Positions 10,029 through 20,951 of a DNA stretch of 64,000 bases are shown here, one piece after another. A program made the translations under genes and the position numbers. Each line of letters begins with the position of its first letter. Positions within the stretch are counted from its first letter, which is position 1. Origin of the DNA: a virus. Taxonomy: Duplodnaviria; Caudoviricetes. A model generated the notes under the pieces. The model searched no databases. It saw nothing but the letters and a program-made list of their open reading frames with translations, and was not told where the DNA came from. Location: positions 1-64,000 of IMG/VR virus record IMGVR_UViG_3300021400_001346. The stretch is one strand, 5' to 3'.

Positions 10029-11291
10029 ATGTCAACTGAAACAAAAGAATTAAATAGATTATTTAACAACATATCCGGCGGCACCGTCGATTTAAAACTA
10101 CCACAAACCAAATGGTTACAAATGATTAATGAATGGATTGAAGAAAATGGTATTGGTGGTGGCGATGGCTCTAGTTATAAAGGAATTACAGTATTAATGA
10201 CAGGGACTTATATAAATGATGGTTCAGAATTACCAACCACATATGATTTTATGATTGCATCTGATAGTCCTATTGAAGGAGCAGAAGATTATTGGGGCGA
10301 TGGTGATGAAGAAAAATCCTATTTGTTATTACATCATCTTAATAATGGAGAAGCCGTATTAACACCAGTACTTTTATTTTCTATTCCAGATAATGATTCG
10401 GAAACTGGTGGTTATATATATAAGATACAAGTACTAGGTCAATCATCTCCTATATCTTTTAGTTCAGTAGAAATACCAGAACAAAACACTCTTGTGGCCC
10501 ATCTTTATAATGAATTAGATTTTAATTTTTTAGAAAATGCTTTAAAAGCAAATAGTCTTATTCAAAGTGGTTCTGGAGATGCCATTACTGATGAACCTAT
10601 TAAATTAATTGCAGGAACTGGAATGACTAGTTCAGGCAAAACTGGTGGCGATTCTGTTAGTTCTCACTTTAGATTTTCAATCTTTATACCACGATCAATT
10701 ATAGAGTCAGACGATGAGAGTAAACTTAAATCATATCTAGAAGGCAATAAATTGTGTTTTTGGACTGATGATGCGAATGGTAATACATATCTTACACCTT
10801 TCTCTTTTTATACCAATCCTGATAAATTTGAATTTGCTAGTGGCGATTACTTAGAACCTCTTCAATCTGGAGTATCCTCACATTTTGGTGTAGTATATTT
10901 TGATTTTGACGGCAGTGCAAAAGAATTATTTATCCAAAATGCATTAAATAGTGGTGCAAGTTCAGGTGGACCAAATTATCAAGTTATAAGTACCGTCGTT
11001 GGAACTGTAGGTAATTTTCCTGGTCCTAATAATATTCATTTTCAACAATTTGAAGTCGATGAAAATTATATGTTATTAAGAGTAACTTACCAAGAAATAA
11101 CAGAAGATTACTCACCTATTGAAACAAAAGTATTTTCTATTATTAATATAGATAATGGAACATATTATGTTGTATGGAATATTGAACAAAATCATACTAT
11201 TTATAAAACCACAGAAGGAGACCCAGAACCAACCGATTCTTATTTAGAATTCTATCCAAATGTTGTAGGATTTTATGATAATGCCGAATAA
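10029..11291 (+). CDS. Hypothetical acidic, beta-rich protein, 420 aa
   Basis: Long ORF, ggagg RBS, bidirectional terminator at about 11300-11330. Confidence 0.75.
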   Translation: MSTETKELNRLFNNISGGTVDLKLPQTKWLQMINEWIEENGIGGGDGSSYKGITVLMTGTYINDGSELPTTYDFMIASDSPIEGAEDYWGDGDEEKSYLLLHHLNNGEAVLTPVLLFSIPDNDSETGGYIYKIQVLGQSSPISFSSVEIPEQNTLVAHLYNELDFNFLENALKANSLIQSGSGDAITDEPIKLIAGTGMTSSGKTGGDSVSSHFRFSIFIPRSIIESDDESKLKSYLEGNKLCFWTDDANGNTYLTPFSFYTNPDKFEFASGDYLEPLQSGVSSHFGVVYFDFDGSAKELFIQNALNSGASSGGPNYQVISTVVGTVGNFPGPNNIHFQQFEVDENYMLLRVTYQEITEDYSPIETKVFSIINIDNGTYYVVWNIEQNHTIYKTTEGDPEPTDSYLEFYPNVVGFYDNAE

Positions 11292-11534
11292 AATAAAAAC
11301 AAAAGAGTAGTTATTCACTACTCTTTTTTATATTCTTTACCGCTTCTTTATAAGCCTTAAAGTCAGTATAATTAAATATTTTACAAGGGTTTATTCTTTG
11401 AAACCTTACATAATAACATATCATAATTATTACTGCAATGATTGCAAGAATTATAGTTATACTAGCAATAATTATTGCGGCTATCATCATAATTTATTAT
11501 TTTCTCCTTTCTAGAGAATCGATTTTGATTGTCA

Positions 11535-11945
11535 TTATATCGTTATATAGGGATTCGATATGCTATTATGCAAGAGTTCAAATTCTTCTCTAGTTAACAA
11601 TTGTTTGTAAACACAGATATCAGGATCGCCTTTTGAACGCAGGCGGCCAAAATATTCACAATAGTCTTCATAACTATCTCTTTTAAGAATATCAAAGAAA
11701 ACATCTACTTTCTTCTCTTGAATAATCTTCCAAGCTGAAATTGCCGTCTCTGCCTCGATCGGACTGACCCCTGTCATTACAACTTGACTAGGCCGCGTAT
11801 AAAAGAGATCGTCCTCTTCAAGCATCTTTGCTAATTTATTCGCACCTTCTTCAGTAAGATTAACTTTTAATACTGGCGTGGAGTATAATTCCCCAATATA
11901 AGCAGAAGTTGGTGCAGTACCACTTTTATCATAGTAGGTGCTCAT
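11535..11945 (-). CDS. Hypothetical protein
   Basis: 136 aa ORF coupled to dUTPase. Confidence 0.65.
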   Translation of the reverse strand: MSTYYDKSGTAPTSAYIGELYSTPVLKVNLTEEGANKLAKMLEEDDLFYTRPSQVVMTGVSPIEAETAISAWKIIQEKKVDVFFDILKRDSYEDYCEYFGRLRSKGDPDICVYKQLLTREEFELLHNSISNPYITI

Positions 11946-11947
11946 AA

Positions 11948-12469
11948 TTACTTACCACTTGCTCCTAACTTGCCGGTGCCACGTGCACTATTATTCTTAA
12001 AGGTCTCGTTCCATAAGGTATCTACTATTTCTAAGGAAGATACTTTTGGCATCTGCACTGGAATAATTTGAGCAATTGCTTTTCTAGTTGGATAAAGGAA
12101 GACGTCTTGTCCATTTTTTGTTCCCATTCCTGCTTTTTCTACTTTATTAGTAACTAAAACTGGATAAGGATTATCATTACATAAACAAATAAAAATTCTA
12201 CCACGGTAGCCATTATCGATCACGCCGCAGTGGACATGAAGACCAATGCTGCCAGTACTGCCGCGGTCGAAAACCATTAACCAGTAGTCAGAACGATTAA
12301 GGGCTACTGCTAAGCCAGTGTCAAAACTGTACTTTGCACCTGGTTTTAATAATACTTCGTCTTCAATGGTGTAGATGTCAAAGCCGGCATCTTCATCACG
12401 CTTAGTTGGAATTATAGCGTTTTCATCTTCTCTGTGCCAAAAAATAGTAAGGCCATTTTCTGTAAACAT
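11948..12469 (-). CDS. dut: Trimeric dUTPase
   Basis: DAGFDIY, RGS, GVIDNGYRG, IAQ, RGTGKLGASG motifs. Confidence 0.95.
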   Translation of the reverse strand: MFTENGLTIFWHREDENAIIPTKRDEDAGFDIYTIEDEVLLKPGAKYSFDTGLAVALNRSDYWLMVFDRGSTGSIGLHVHCGVIDNGYRGRIFICLCNDNPYPVLVTNKVEKAGMGTKNGQDVFLYPTRKAIAQIIPVQMPKVSSLEIVDTLWNETFKNNSARGTGKLGASGK

Positions 12470-12481
12470 AAATACTCCTTT

Positions 12482-14095
12482 CTAATAATAAGTAAGTGTG
12501 TCGTCGTTCGTAATGAGCATACCTTTATAAGCGACGTAAACTTGATTGGTAAATGGTGCTACCGAATAAATGTAGTAGTTAGAATTATTGTTGCCTGTTT
12601 CACGGTCGAGTAATGTAAAAGGCTCACCATTATGTCTTTTACGCCATCTGGCAACCATAGGTCTATAGAAAGCTTCCCAGTGGTTTTCTTTAATAATCCA
12701 TTCAGCGGCAGGTAATGTTAAATATACATCATGCACCTTTTCATATAATGAAGGTGTGATTGCTCTAGTTGTATGGTCATTTAAGGTAGCATTAGGACGG
12801 AAGTATATAATGCTGTCTTGTATGAAAGTAAAGTGAATGTTGTCTTCACCTTGCGCGCCTTCAAGGGCAAATCCTTTAGAATATAAATCCTGTAATGGTG
12901 TCTTTACATCTTGCATAACTTTATCAAACAATTTATAAGAGACCTCTTGATATGCGTCAATAACTTCTGGTGGATTTAACACGGCAGTATCTAAAGGATT
13001 TGGTAGTTTAAGTGCTTTTTTATACCATGATGGTTTAAAATCATCTTTAATATTTAATGAAGACTCCCATAGTTCAGCAGGGAAGTTAAAGTTTAATTTA
13101 ATAGTAACGTCTTTTTCACCTGTAGGAGTTAAACGATTTCATAATTTCGCCGCAGTAATTTCAAGTTCACGTCTCAATCTTTTAATAATTCTTCCAATAA
13201 TTACTTCGGCATATTGGTGCATCTTGTGTCTAACCTTCTCTCTTTTTAAGTTAAGTCTTAAATTTTTAAGTTGATCAGCCATATCGGTATCACCAGTTAT
13301 TTCAATAATTGCTTCTTGCATATAACCTACATATGTAGTAAATCTTTTTTGTATCAAGTCAGAAACTTTTTCTTGCATAGCATTTGAATAAACTGCATCA
13401 ATTTGGTTAGACCCTAATGATTTAGATAAAGAAGCAATTAAATCGCTCATGAAAGGAGTATATTTTCCATCTTCTTCATGAAAGACGCCTTGAAAAAAGC
13501 TAGGCTCTCCAGTTAATATACATTGCTCAATAACTTTTGCAATTATACGAGAAAGATAATAGAGATAAGGTTGTATTAATTTAACTTCAATATTTTCATA
13601 GCTGTTAAATTTTACAATCTTGAGTTCTTTTTTAATCTTGACTTTTTCTAAATTTACTTTAATGGCATCTGCGCTCAATTTTGTTTTAAAGGCAGCAATA
13701 ATAGGGTCTAAATTTATATCTCCACCTTTTCATTGTCAGCCATTTTCACCACCTGGAATGCGGTTAGTGAAGCCGCTGTTATAATGGTCTTGGCATCACA
13801 ATGTCCATATTAATTCGGCGAAATCAATAGTATCGTCCCCTTTAAGTGGCTCTCACATTTGATGAAAACCATTTATTATCTCTTGAGGGATACCACCATT
13901 TTGTATGACATAAGTATTAATACCACTTAAACTATACTCTTGTATTAATTCTTCACTGCCGTAAAATTTGCCTGTTCTTAATCCATATGCAACTTCGGCG
14001 TGTTCAACAAGACGTGAAGTATCTTCACGCGTGGTTTGACCTACGTAAATTTTACCCTTATTACTCTTTGGTTGTATAAAATAAATGTATCCCAT
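12482..14095 (-). CDS. Large protein with N-terminal GIY-YIG-like domain, 537 aa (TGA=Trp)
   Basis: GYIY...IYVGQT...R..EH; three ORF-track pieces in one frame separated only by TGA codons. Confidence 0.75.
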
Positions 14096-14109
14096 AATAA
14101 TATAGTTTA

Positions 14110-14337
14110 TTAAAGTTGTTGGGCCGCATCAAATTTTACTCTAGTGCTTTGACCATTTTCCCACTTTAAATAACCCCAGATGTCCGTTTTGCGGTTAACA
14201 CGATGGTTGGTGTAATCGGTAAGGTATCCACTTTTAAGTTCGCAATAAACCGCCAACTTATCATTTTCATGATAGACTAAATCAATTTGAGTTATGCCTT
14301 GCTGTTTCATGCGGCTTTCAATATCTATTCTCAGCAT
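14110..14337 (-). CDS. Hypothetical protein
   Basis: 75 aa ORF overlapping the upstream gene end. Confidence 0.6.
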   Translation of the reverse strand: MLRIDIESRMKQQGITQIDLVYHENDKLAVYCELKSGYLTDYTNHRVNRKTDIWGYLKWENGQSTRVKFDAAQQL

Positions 14338-14642
14338 GTTTGATATATCTCCTCTACCTTTTCTTCATCTATAATATAGTCAATTGATGTTTCTTCTCCA
14401 TAAGCCTTTATAGTCACAGGATTTTGTGTTACCATAAATTTTTCCCAATACCAATGATTAGCTGTTGCTTCACGTTTTGAAAAAGTCTCATCTACTACAA
14501 TAACTTTCTTATTATCTAGAATTGCGGTTTCATAATAAGGTCTTGTTTTAGATACTTTTATTACAACAGTACTAATTATAACATAGCCACTAGAACAAGT
14601 CACGATACTGCGTTTAACTACTTCGCTTATCTTCTTCATCAT
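14325..14642 (-). CDS. Hypothetical protein (YETA motif)
   Basis: aggag RBS; ends TGA 14331 or, with read-through, TAG 14325. Confidence 0.65.
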
Positions 14643-14757
14643 AATTCTTATTCTCCTTATAAATCATTATACTACATATTCTTCATTAAGGCAACAAAAA
14701 AGTTCCTAACTAAGCTAGGAACTTATGTAAATGAATATTAATACTAATTATTTAAAA

Positions 14758-15009
14758 TTAGTCTTTTAAGTCGTAAGTTTTATATTCTTTTTCGACTGTG
14801 ACTGGAACGATTTTTGAACCTTTAACGACATGGATTCTGTCAACACCGGCTGCCATTGGTCTTTCATCGTTTGCTTTCTTAATTAAGGATTCGAGAACTG
14901 CTGTTGGAATTCCTAATTCTTTTGCGGAAAGGTTTTGACCTTTGCATTGTCTTAAAACTTCGATTGCTTTTAATTCATTTTCTGTGTAGCTGATTTCTGT
15001 TGCTTTCAT
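14758..15009 (-). CDS. Small winged-helix-like protein (paralog family)
   Basis: YTENELKAIEVL...LSAKELG...KTYDL resembles 33467, 37680 and 40853 proteins. Confidence 0.6.
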   Translation of the reverse strand: MKATEISYTENELKAIEVLRQCKGQNLSAKELGIPTAVLESLIKKANDERPMAAGVDRIHVVKGSKIVPVTVEKEYKTYDLKD

Positions 15010-15653
15010 GATAATTTATCCTTTCAATATAATGCCTTTATCGCTTCAAGGCTAAGCCATCACATCCTTGCGTGATTCCAATCATACTGATATTATTTTC
15101 GTAGAACCGTATGAATCATTCTACTCCATCTTTAGTTTCTACGACTTCGCCTCGAGAAGGCAGATGTGTTGAAGTCATGGTTTAATTAAGTGCGCGTCTT
15201 AATTAAAGGTGGTGTTTAGGTGGACGTCCTTGTTTCCTTTATTTATATTCTCGCCGGGGCTTTGAAACATAGTTTTCCGGCACAGTCTATCTCTCCTCAA
15301 GACAGGACGAGCTAGCTAGGCTCGATCGTTTTTTTAAGACGGGTCCTCGTCTAGCAAATAAGATAATTATTATTACCTTACTTAACTATAATTATTATAT
15401 TAATCTTTTTGGGTTTCGTCAAGAGTTTTTGCACTATTAAGTTCGATAACCCAATGACCTTCCTTAGTTAAATAAAACTGCGGAAGAAAATTTTCTTGAC
15501 CATCAATATAAATGGTCGCCGCTTTATCAAAGCGCTTTAAAATTTTGATTAATTCTTTGTTAGTCATAAAGTTTACTTATCTTATTTGTATTAATACTTT
15601 ACTAATGCTTTGGGGCTTTGTCAAGGAAAATTGCATAACCATTTTAGAAATTG

Positions 15654-16760
15654 TTAATCCTTGACAATATCGTTTCTAAGTCTAACTACGTAAGGGTGTC
15701 TCAAACGGCCCTTATCATTGGTTTGCATAGCTTTCACTACGGCATATAATTCGCCATTGGCTATCATGGCGGCCGCCTCTTTCGTAGCAAGCCATTCGCG
15801 ATCTTCATCGGTAAGTCCACTAGCGACATCGCAGGTGGTATTATTATATTCTACTGTAATGCCATTCTTCCAACCATAGAAATATGGTTTAGTGACTGGA
15901 ATACCAGGTACCATATTTCTATCGGCGTCCGCAGGCAATTCGACTAAATTATAAATTGCTTCTACTTCACCTGTATCTGGATCTGTGCGATTTTCGCCGC
16001 TAAAGACTTCCCAATAAGGCCAATTGTCAACAAAGTCTCCTTCATATTGTTTATTAGGATTAAGTGTGCCAATTACCTTCAATTCCATTTCAGGAAGTGA
16101 TTGTTTAAGCTTTAAAGTTTTCCATGCCGTACGAGTGCCTGGCATATATGGATTATCTTTTCTTTGTATTACGAGACCTTCTCCGCCTCCACTTATAATT
16201 TCATCTGCTATTGACAAAAAGTCTGCAGAATCTATATAAAATATTGTTGGATGTAAATATTCATTCCAATGGTTGATAAACCAATCACATAAAACACAGA
16301 CACGAGTATAATAATCTGTATTGCAATAATCAATGCCATTCCACATTAACATATCAAAGCAGATGGCTTTTAACTTATGTTCCTTTTGACGTTCAACGGC
16401 TTTTGCAGGTAAACATCTTAAAATTGTGCCAACTGTATTGGCATTAGTGCCTGGCTCGTCCCAGCATAACTCTGCTAACAAAACTGTATTGTCAGGCAAA
16501 GTGTCCATAAGACTGACAATATGTGGAACTTTTTCGGTATAGTTTCCATAAACTCCGGTTACCTTACTGATACTGCGGCTACGAATTAAGTTGTGTCCTT
16601 TCTCCCAATGGATTAACATTGCCCAATCGCCATCTTTCTTGATTGATGCAATGTATTCATTGTTCTTATTATAAATCATATCGTCACGTTTAGGACAGTC
16701 AGTTTCATTATTATAATATTTCATTGGCGTTAACATCGCGAAGTCATCAATTGTATACAT
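15654..16760 (-). CDS. ATP-dependent DNA ligase
   Basis: KKDG, AEL, FDML, EGLVI, KLK, SGL, LRHP motifs. Confidence 0.9.
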   Translation of the reverse strand: MYTIDDFAMLTPMKYYNNETDCPKRDDMIYNKNNEYIASIKKDGDWAMLIHWEKGHNLIRSRSISKVTGVYGNYTEKVPHIVSLMDTLPDNTVLLAELCWDEPGTNANTVGTILRCLPAKAVERQKEHKLKAICFDMLMWNGIDYCNTDYYTRVCVLCDWFINHWNEYLHPTIFYIDSADFLSIADEIISGGGEGLVIQRKDNPYMPGTRTAWKTLKLKQSLPEMELKVIGTLNPNKQYEGDFVDNWPYWEVFSGENRTDPDTGEVEAIYNLVELPADADRNMVPGIPVTKPYFYGWKNGITVEYNNTTCDVASGLTDEDREWLATKEAAAMIANGELYAVVKAMQTNDKGRLRHPYVVRLRNDIVKD

Positions 16761-16765
16761 AACTA

Positions 16766-17203
16766 TTAATCCTCCAAATCAAGTAAAATATTAATTTGCG
16801 CAACCCAATCAAGCTCTGGGTTAAAATTATATGCACCGCCAGGTATTGTATAAACATCTTTACCTTTACGATAAACCTCTATATATTCTTGTTGACCGCA
16901 ATCATCAACAAAAATAGGGCAAGAAATACCACGATAATCAAGCATACCAACTAAATCACCTTCTACAGTAAGTTCCTTTTGATATTTCTTAATCTCTTTA
17001 GGTGTGCATTCGCGGCGAGAGTAAATTTCGTCTTTATTTTTAATATAATATAACAGGCGGTTAAAATTATGAACCGTAGTAGCTAATTTTGATTGCGTCG
17101 TTTGTACCCATTCTTCATCATCTCTTTCTATAGCTCTGTCTATCATGTTTTTATACCATGAAACAGTTGCTAAATATCCATTTAATACTTCTTGGAACGT
17201 CAT
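16766..17203 (-). CDS. Hypothetical protein
   Basis: Likely start MTFQEVL behind aaggag RBS and promoter. Confidence 0.65.
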   Translation of the reverse strand: MTFQEVLNGYLATVSWYKNMIDRAIERDDEEWVQTTQSKLATTVHNFNRLLYYIKNKDEIYSRRECTPKEIKKYQKELTVEGDLVGMLDYRGISCPIFVDDCGQQEYIEVYRKGKDVYTIPGGAYNFNPELDWVAQINILLDLED

Positions 17204-17285
17204 AATGATAGTGCTCCTTTCTATCATATATATTATAGTAAATAAAAAAGACTTAGTCAACCTAAATCTCTTATTGTCAGAAAAA

Positions 17286-17450
17286 TGACCGAGCAGCCGC
17301 TTGCAGGCCGCAAAGCAATATAACAAATGTTGTGCCATCTGTATTTCTTTAGAATGTCTTGCTTGTCCACCCTGGGCGCAAGTAAGCACTCACCGCGGGC
17401 GTCGTTTCTATCCATGCTACCACACATAATAGCCCCACCCTTTTCGGTCA
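17286..17450 (-). ncRNA. Putative structured ncRNA (about 165 nt)
   Basis: GC-richer intergenic tract closed by TGACCGA/TCGGTCA, promoter-like element just upstream. Confidence 0.4.
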
Positions 17451-17536
17451 ATATTAATATAGTAAAATAAAAGGAAGATAGCAAATCTTCCTCTTGCCTG
17501 GCGTTATAGGCATTCCATAGTTGCGAACGCCGCTAA

Positions 17537-17848
17537 CTACCAGATAAGCCAGTTATCGAAGAAGTCCAAAAGATCTGGATCATCTTGTAAATCGTGTTTG
17601 ATAATAGAATGATGATATGAACCAAAGTCCTTTACAAAAGCATGAATTAACTCATGATAATGTTTTGAAGCGGCCTCTAAAGCCTTTCTAGCCTCATCAA
17701 TTTCTTTGGCTCTTGTACTTCTTTCTTCTTTTAATTTAAGTTCGTGTTGTTTTTTCTCAGCAATTTGTGTGTCGTAGTCTTTCTCTGCTTGACTACATTC
17801 TTCGGCTGATTCGAAGAGTTTATCTAATTTGTCGCTATAATATTTCAT
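17537..17848 (-). CDS. Hypothetical coiled-coil phage protein
   Basis: MKYYSDKLDKLF..., ggagg RBS. Confidence 0.7.
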   Translation of the reverse strand: MKYYSDKLDKLFESAEECSQAEKDYDTQIAEKKQHELKLKEERSTRAKEIDEARKALEAASKHYHELIHAFVKDFGSYHHSIIKHDLQDDPDLLDFFDNWLIW

Positions 17849-17905
17849 GTAAATGCCTCCTTTTGCTTTCACAATTAATTTTATTGCAACTATGGAAATT
17901 TAGTT

Positions 17906-17980
17906 TGGAGCGCGTAACGGGAATCGAACCCGTATATCTACCTTGGCAAGGTAGCATACTAGCCATTGTATTACACACGC
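17906..17980 (-). tRNA. tRNA-Gly(GCC)
   Basis: Cloverleaf, GTTCGA, CCA. Confidence 0.9.
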
Positions 17981-17983
17981 AGC

Positions 17984-18368
17984 TGGTGGACTAGCTGAGG
18001 ATCGAACTCAGGTCTTATAACACTTCCTTATAAAAATTACTTACAGCTTTAACGGAGCATAACCAGCATAAATAGTCTCCGTACTTCTTTATGCCGCCGC
18101 AACGAAATTTTTCACTTGCGTCTGCCGTTGCACACAGCCGCGGTACAGCCGATTTATGAAGGAGTCGACCTTGTCTCGGCGTCAAGGAACTCCTGAGCGG
18201 TTATCTATTAATTAATAGTTAAGAGCGAAAGCTCTACCTGCGCTTCTTCTAGTAGAAAAAGCATTTACTCTGACTTTGCTTTGTTTTGCATTTATTGCTT
18301 GTTGATAGTAAGTTATCAGCTTGCTGTATTTCATAAGCAATTATCATAATCGAAACCAATTCTAGCCC
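17984..18368 (-). ncRNA. ssrA: tmRNA; tag AKQSKVRVNAFSTRRSAGRAFALNY
   Basis: GGGCTAG/CTAGTCC-ACCA acceptor with G3.U70, 5' GGTTTCGA, T-arm GTTCGAT, ATAAAT-GCA resume site at 18289. Confidence 0.9.
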
Positions 18369-18410
18369 GTATAATATATTATATAAAAAGACTAATCTCT
18401 TGTCAAGAAA

Positions 18411-18752
18411 TTAGTCCCAAAGATAGTGAAGATTTTCTCCTAGTTTAGTCCAGAAGTCTTTATAGTATTTTTCTGCAAGCTCGTAGTTGTGTTTAGCATC
18501 AAAATAAATATATCTCCTCCATAACATTATAAGCTCTCTTAAAATGGCAATACGTTTTGGATCTTTAGGATTATCAAGTCCATGTACATTTTCACCGTTA
18601 TTATAATATTCACGCATGAACTCTAAAGAAGTAACGACAAATTTTTCAATATGTCCGTAATCCCATGGTGTAGTCTCTTTGCTTATCTTGTTAAGTTTCT
18701 TTTGATATTTCTTCATCATATCGTAATAATCTTTAGAATAACGTTTACACAT
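18411..18752 (-). CDS. Hypothetical protein
   Basis: 113 aa ORF ending in WD, aggag RBS. Confidence 0.7.
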   Translation of the reverse strand: MCKRYSKDYYDMMKKYQKKLNKISKETTPWDYGHIEKFVVTSLEFMREYYNNGENVHGLDNPKDPKRIAILRELIMLWRRYIYFDAKHNYELAEKYYKDFWTKLGENLHYLWD

Positions 18753-18763
18753 AATGTTCTCCT

Positions 18764-19129
18764 TTACATAAAATCTCTTTCACTCATGCCGACCGCACGT
18801 AATGGATGCGCGCTATCGTATTCGTCTTCAAGTGCTTCTTTATACAATTCCCAAGTATCAGGATTACTAGTACATTCTTCGAGCGCGTCGCTAAATAACC
18901 AGTCTTGACAATAACTCAAGCATAAAGATTGTGATTGAATAAAAGTTTCTAACTCATCTATGCTTAAATCACAAGCGATAACTACATTACAATCGTGGCA
19001 GAAATCTTTTACTGCCTCTCTTAATAGGGCTTCACTTGGTGTAAATTCATAATCTACCGTTATGCCATCAAAGTTTTCATCTCTATAAGCCTCTTCAAAA
19101 ATGTAATAAAAGGTTATCATACTAATCAC
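18764..19129 (-). CDS. Hypothetical acidic protein
   Basis: ORF in operon. Confidence 0.65.
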   Translation of the reverse strand: MISMITFYYIFEEAYRDENFDGITVDYEFTPSEALLREAVKDFCHDCNVVIACDLSIDELETFIQSQSLCLSYCQDWLFSDALEECTSNPDTWELYKEALEDEYDSAHPLRAVGMSERDFM

Positions 19130-19272
19130 TCTCCTTCACTACAAAAACGCTCGCTTCTACATATCTACCTTCTTCCAAACCTATACGGGCCATGTTGATT
19201 GCTACGAGTGGGAACTCTCCGCAATCGCTTTGCTTAACCTTTCCGTCTGGTGTAGAATACTGCACAATATAT

Positions 19273-19815
19273 CTAAATCGCATTATTGACCTCCTTTTCC
19301 TTTTCACATAACTCAATCACGCTGTCAAGGTTAACAGGCAGGTAGTTCCAGCGTTCAACACAAAGACAAGCGCCATTGTGTGAAATAGTTGGATAATTGT
19401 CATTGATACCTTTTGTATGAACATGCCCATAGAAGTGCAGGTCATAATGAGAGCCATCGCCTGGACGAGAAACTGGTTCATGTGAAAGATAAAGTTCAAT
19501 TCCTTTATACTTAAATTTAAAAGTGCGCGTGACGTATTGAAAGCCGCAGTCTAAATAAAATGCCTTAGATTTATTATCGTGATTACCAAGGATTAATATT
19601 TTATGTCCCTTGAGTTGTGGCACAATAGTTTTAAGTTGAGATTCCTGACCTAAGCCAACGTCACCAAGGTGAATAACAACATCGTCATCTTTAACAATTT
19701 CATTCCAATTGCGGATTAAAGCTTCGTTCATTTCTTGAACAGATGAAAAAGGTCTATTTTCATAGGCAATAATATTCTTGTGGTTGAAATGTGTATCGCT
19801 AATTAAATAAATCAT
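19273..19815 (-). CDS. Calcineurin-like metallophosphoesterase
   Basis: SDTHF, HLGD, GNHD, SHEP, GHVH. Confidence 0.92.
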   Translation of the reverse strand: MIYLISDTHFNHKNIIAYENRPFSSVQEMNEALIRNWNEIVKDDDVVIHLGDVGLGQESQLKTIVPQLKGHKILILGNHDNKSKAFYLDCGFQYVTRTFKFKYKGIELYLSHEPVSRPGDGSHYDLHFYGHVHTKGINDNYPTISHNGACLCVERWNYLPVNLDSVIELCEKEKEVNNAI

Positions 19816-19906
19816 ATCTTTTGCTACTCTCCTTGTATATTTATATTATAAAAAATAAAAAAGACTTAGTCAATATAAATTTGGCTAAGTCATGACTTTC
19901 TTTACT

Positions 19907-19993
19907 TGGCGGAGAATAGAGGTGTCGATCCCCATACGTTGCCGTACTCACTGTTTTCAAAACAGGACTGGCGGCCGCGCCAGGTTATTCTCC
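19907..19993 (-). tRNA. tRNA-Ser(TGA), non-canonical 8/4 fold
   Basis: 8-bp acceptor GGAGAATA/TATTCTCC, 6-bp D stem with 4-nt loop, long variable arm, 4-bp T stem, GCCA. Confidence 0.8.
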
Positions 19994-20200
19994 ATCTGGG
20001 TAAAAGCGATTAAGATACCAGAAAATGCCGATAACAGCAAACAATAATAATACGTAGCCGATACCTACAACAGCCACCCAATCCGTTGCGACTACTACTG
20101 GAAAGCATGTCAATAGCGCAGCGACCGCAAGGAATAGGACAATTAGCTTGACTACTATGCCGACCATTAATATCTTTCTTAAATGTTTCATATTTATATT

Positions 20201-20288
20201 TGGCGGAAGGTTAGGGATTCGAACCCTAGATATATTGCTATATGCTGGTTTTCTAGACCAGTGCCATCACCCACTCGGCCAACCTTCC
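20201..20288 (-). tRNA. tRNA-Ser(AGA)
   Basis: CTGGT-CTAGAAA-ACCAG, long variable arm, GCCA. Confidence 0.85.
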
Positions 20289-20299
20289 GTTGTTTCCTC

Positions 20300-20761
20300 C
20301 TATCCTTTTAAGCCTAGTTCTTGACAGCTGTAATGTTTTTCTAATTCCATACCTTTATACATAGTGTCTAAAGGAAAATAAGGTAAACCTTCAAGGTCTC
20401 CATCGAGTAAGTAAATTACTAAAAATCCTCTCTCGTTATCAATCTCTGAAAATTTTGCGATTTCCATCACTTTTCCTCTAAACGCAGGATTATCTATAAC
20501 ATAATGTTGTAAATATCTTCTTTCTGTATCATCGAGAATTGATGATGGTTTAATTTTTTCATAAACACAATCGTTTAATACTGTTATAGAGTTAAGTCTA
20601 TCGTTATTCTCAAATCTTAATCCAAGTCCACCGCAATATTCTCTCGTTTGTTCAACGGTGAATATGCTTGACCCTGATAATTTTAAACTTGTTTGTGTAA
20701 TTTTATATCTTTGCCCAAGTTCAACTCCATAAAAACTTAATAAATCTCCCATTGTTCTCAT
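20300..20761 (-). CDS. Hypothetical phage protein
   Basis: LDDTERRYL...LPYF...MYKGME...Y...ELGL C-terminal motif. Confidence 0.7.
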   Translation of the reverse strand: MRTMGDLLSFYGVELGQRYKITQTSLKLSGSSIFTVEQTREYCGGLGLRFENNDRLNSITVLNDCVYEKIKPSSILDDTERRYLQHYVIDNPAFRGKVMEIAKFSEIDNERGFLVIYLLDGDLEGLPYFPLDTMYKGMELEKHYSCQELGLKG

Positions 20762-20762
20762 A

Positions 20763-20948
20763 TTATCTTACCTCAATATTATTTCTTTGTGGATAGTTAA
20801 ATTTTTCTTTTGCTTTTTTATATTTTTCATAACAAGGACATTTTTTACCACCCCTAAATAATGGGTGCGTTATTTCTTGACCATTTGTATCACAAAAATA
20901 ACAGATGTCCCTGCTAAATAGATGTTTACAATTTATACACTTTTGCAT
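20763..20948 (-). CDS. Small Cys-rich (zinc-binding) protein
   Basis: CINCKH...C...C..Y. Confidence 0.6.
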   Translation of the reverse strand: MQKCINCKHLFSRDICYFCDTNGQEITHPLFRGGKKCPCYEKYKKAKEKFNYPQRNNIEVR

Positions 20949-20951
20949 AAA

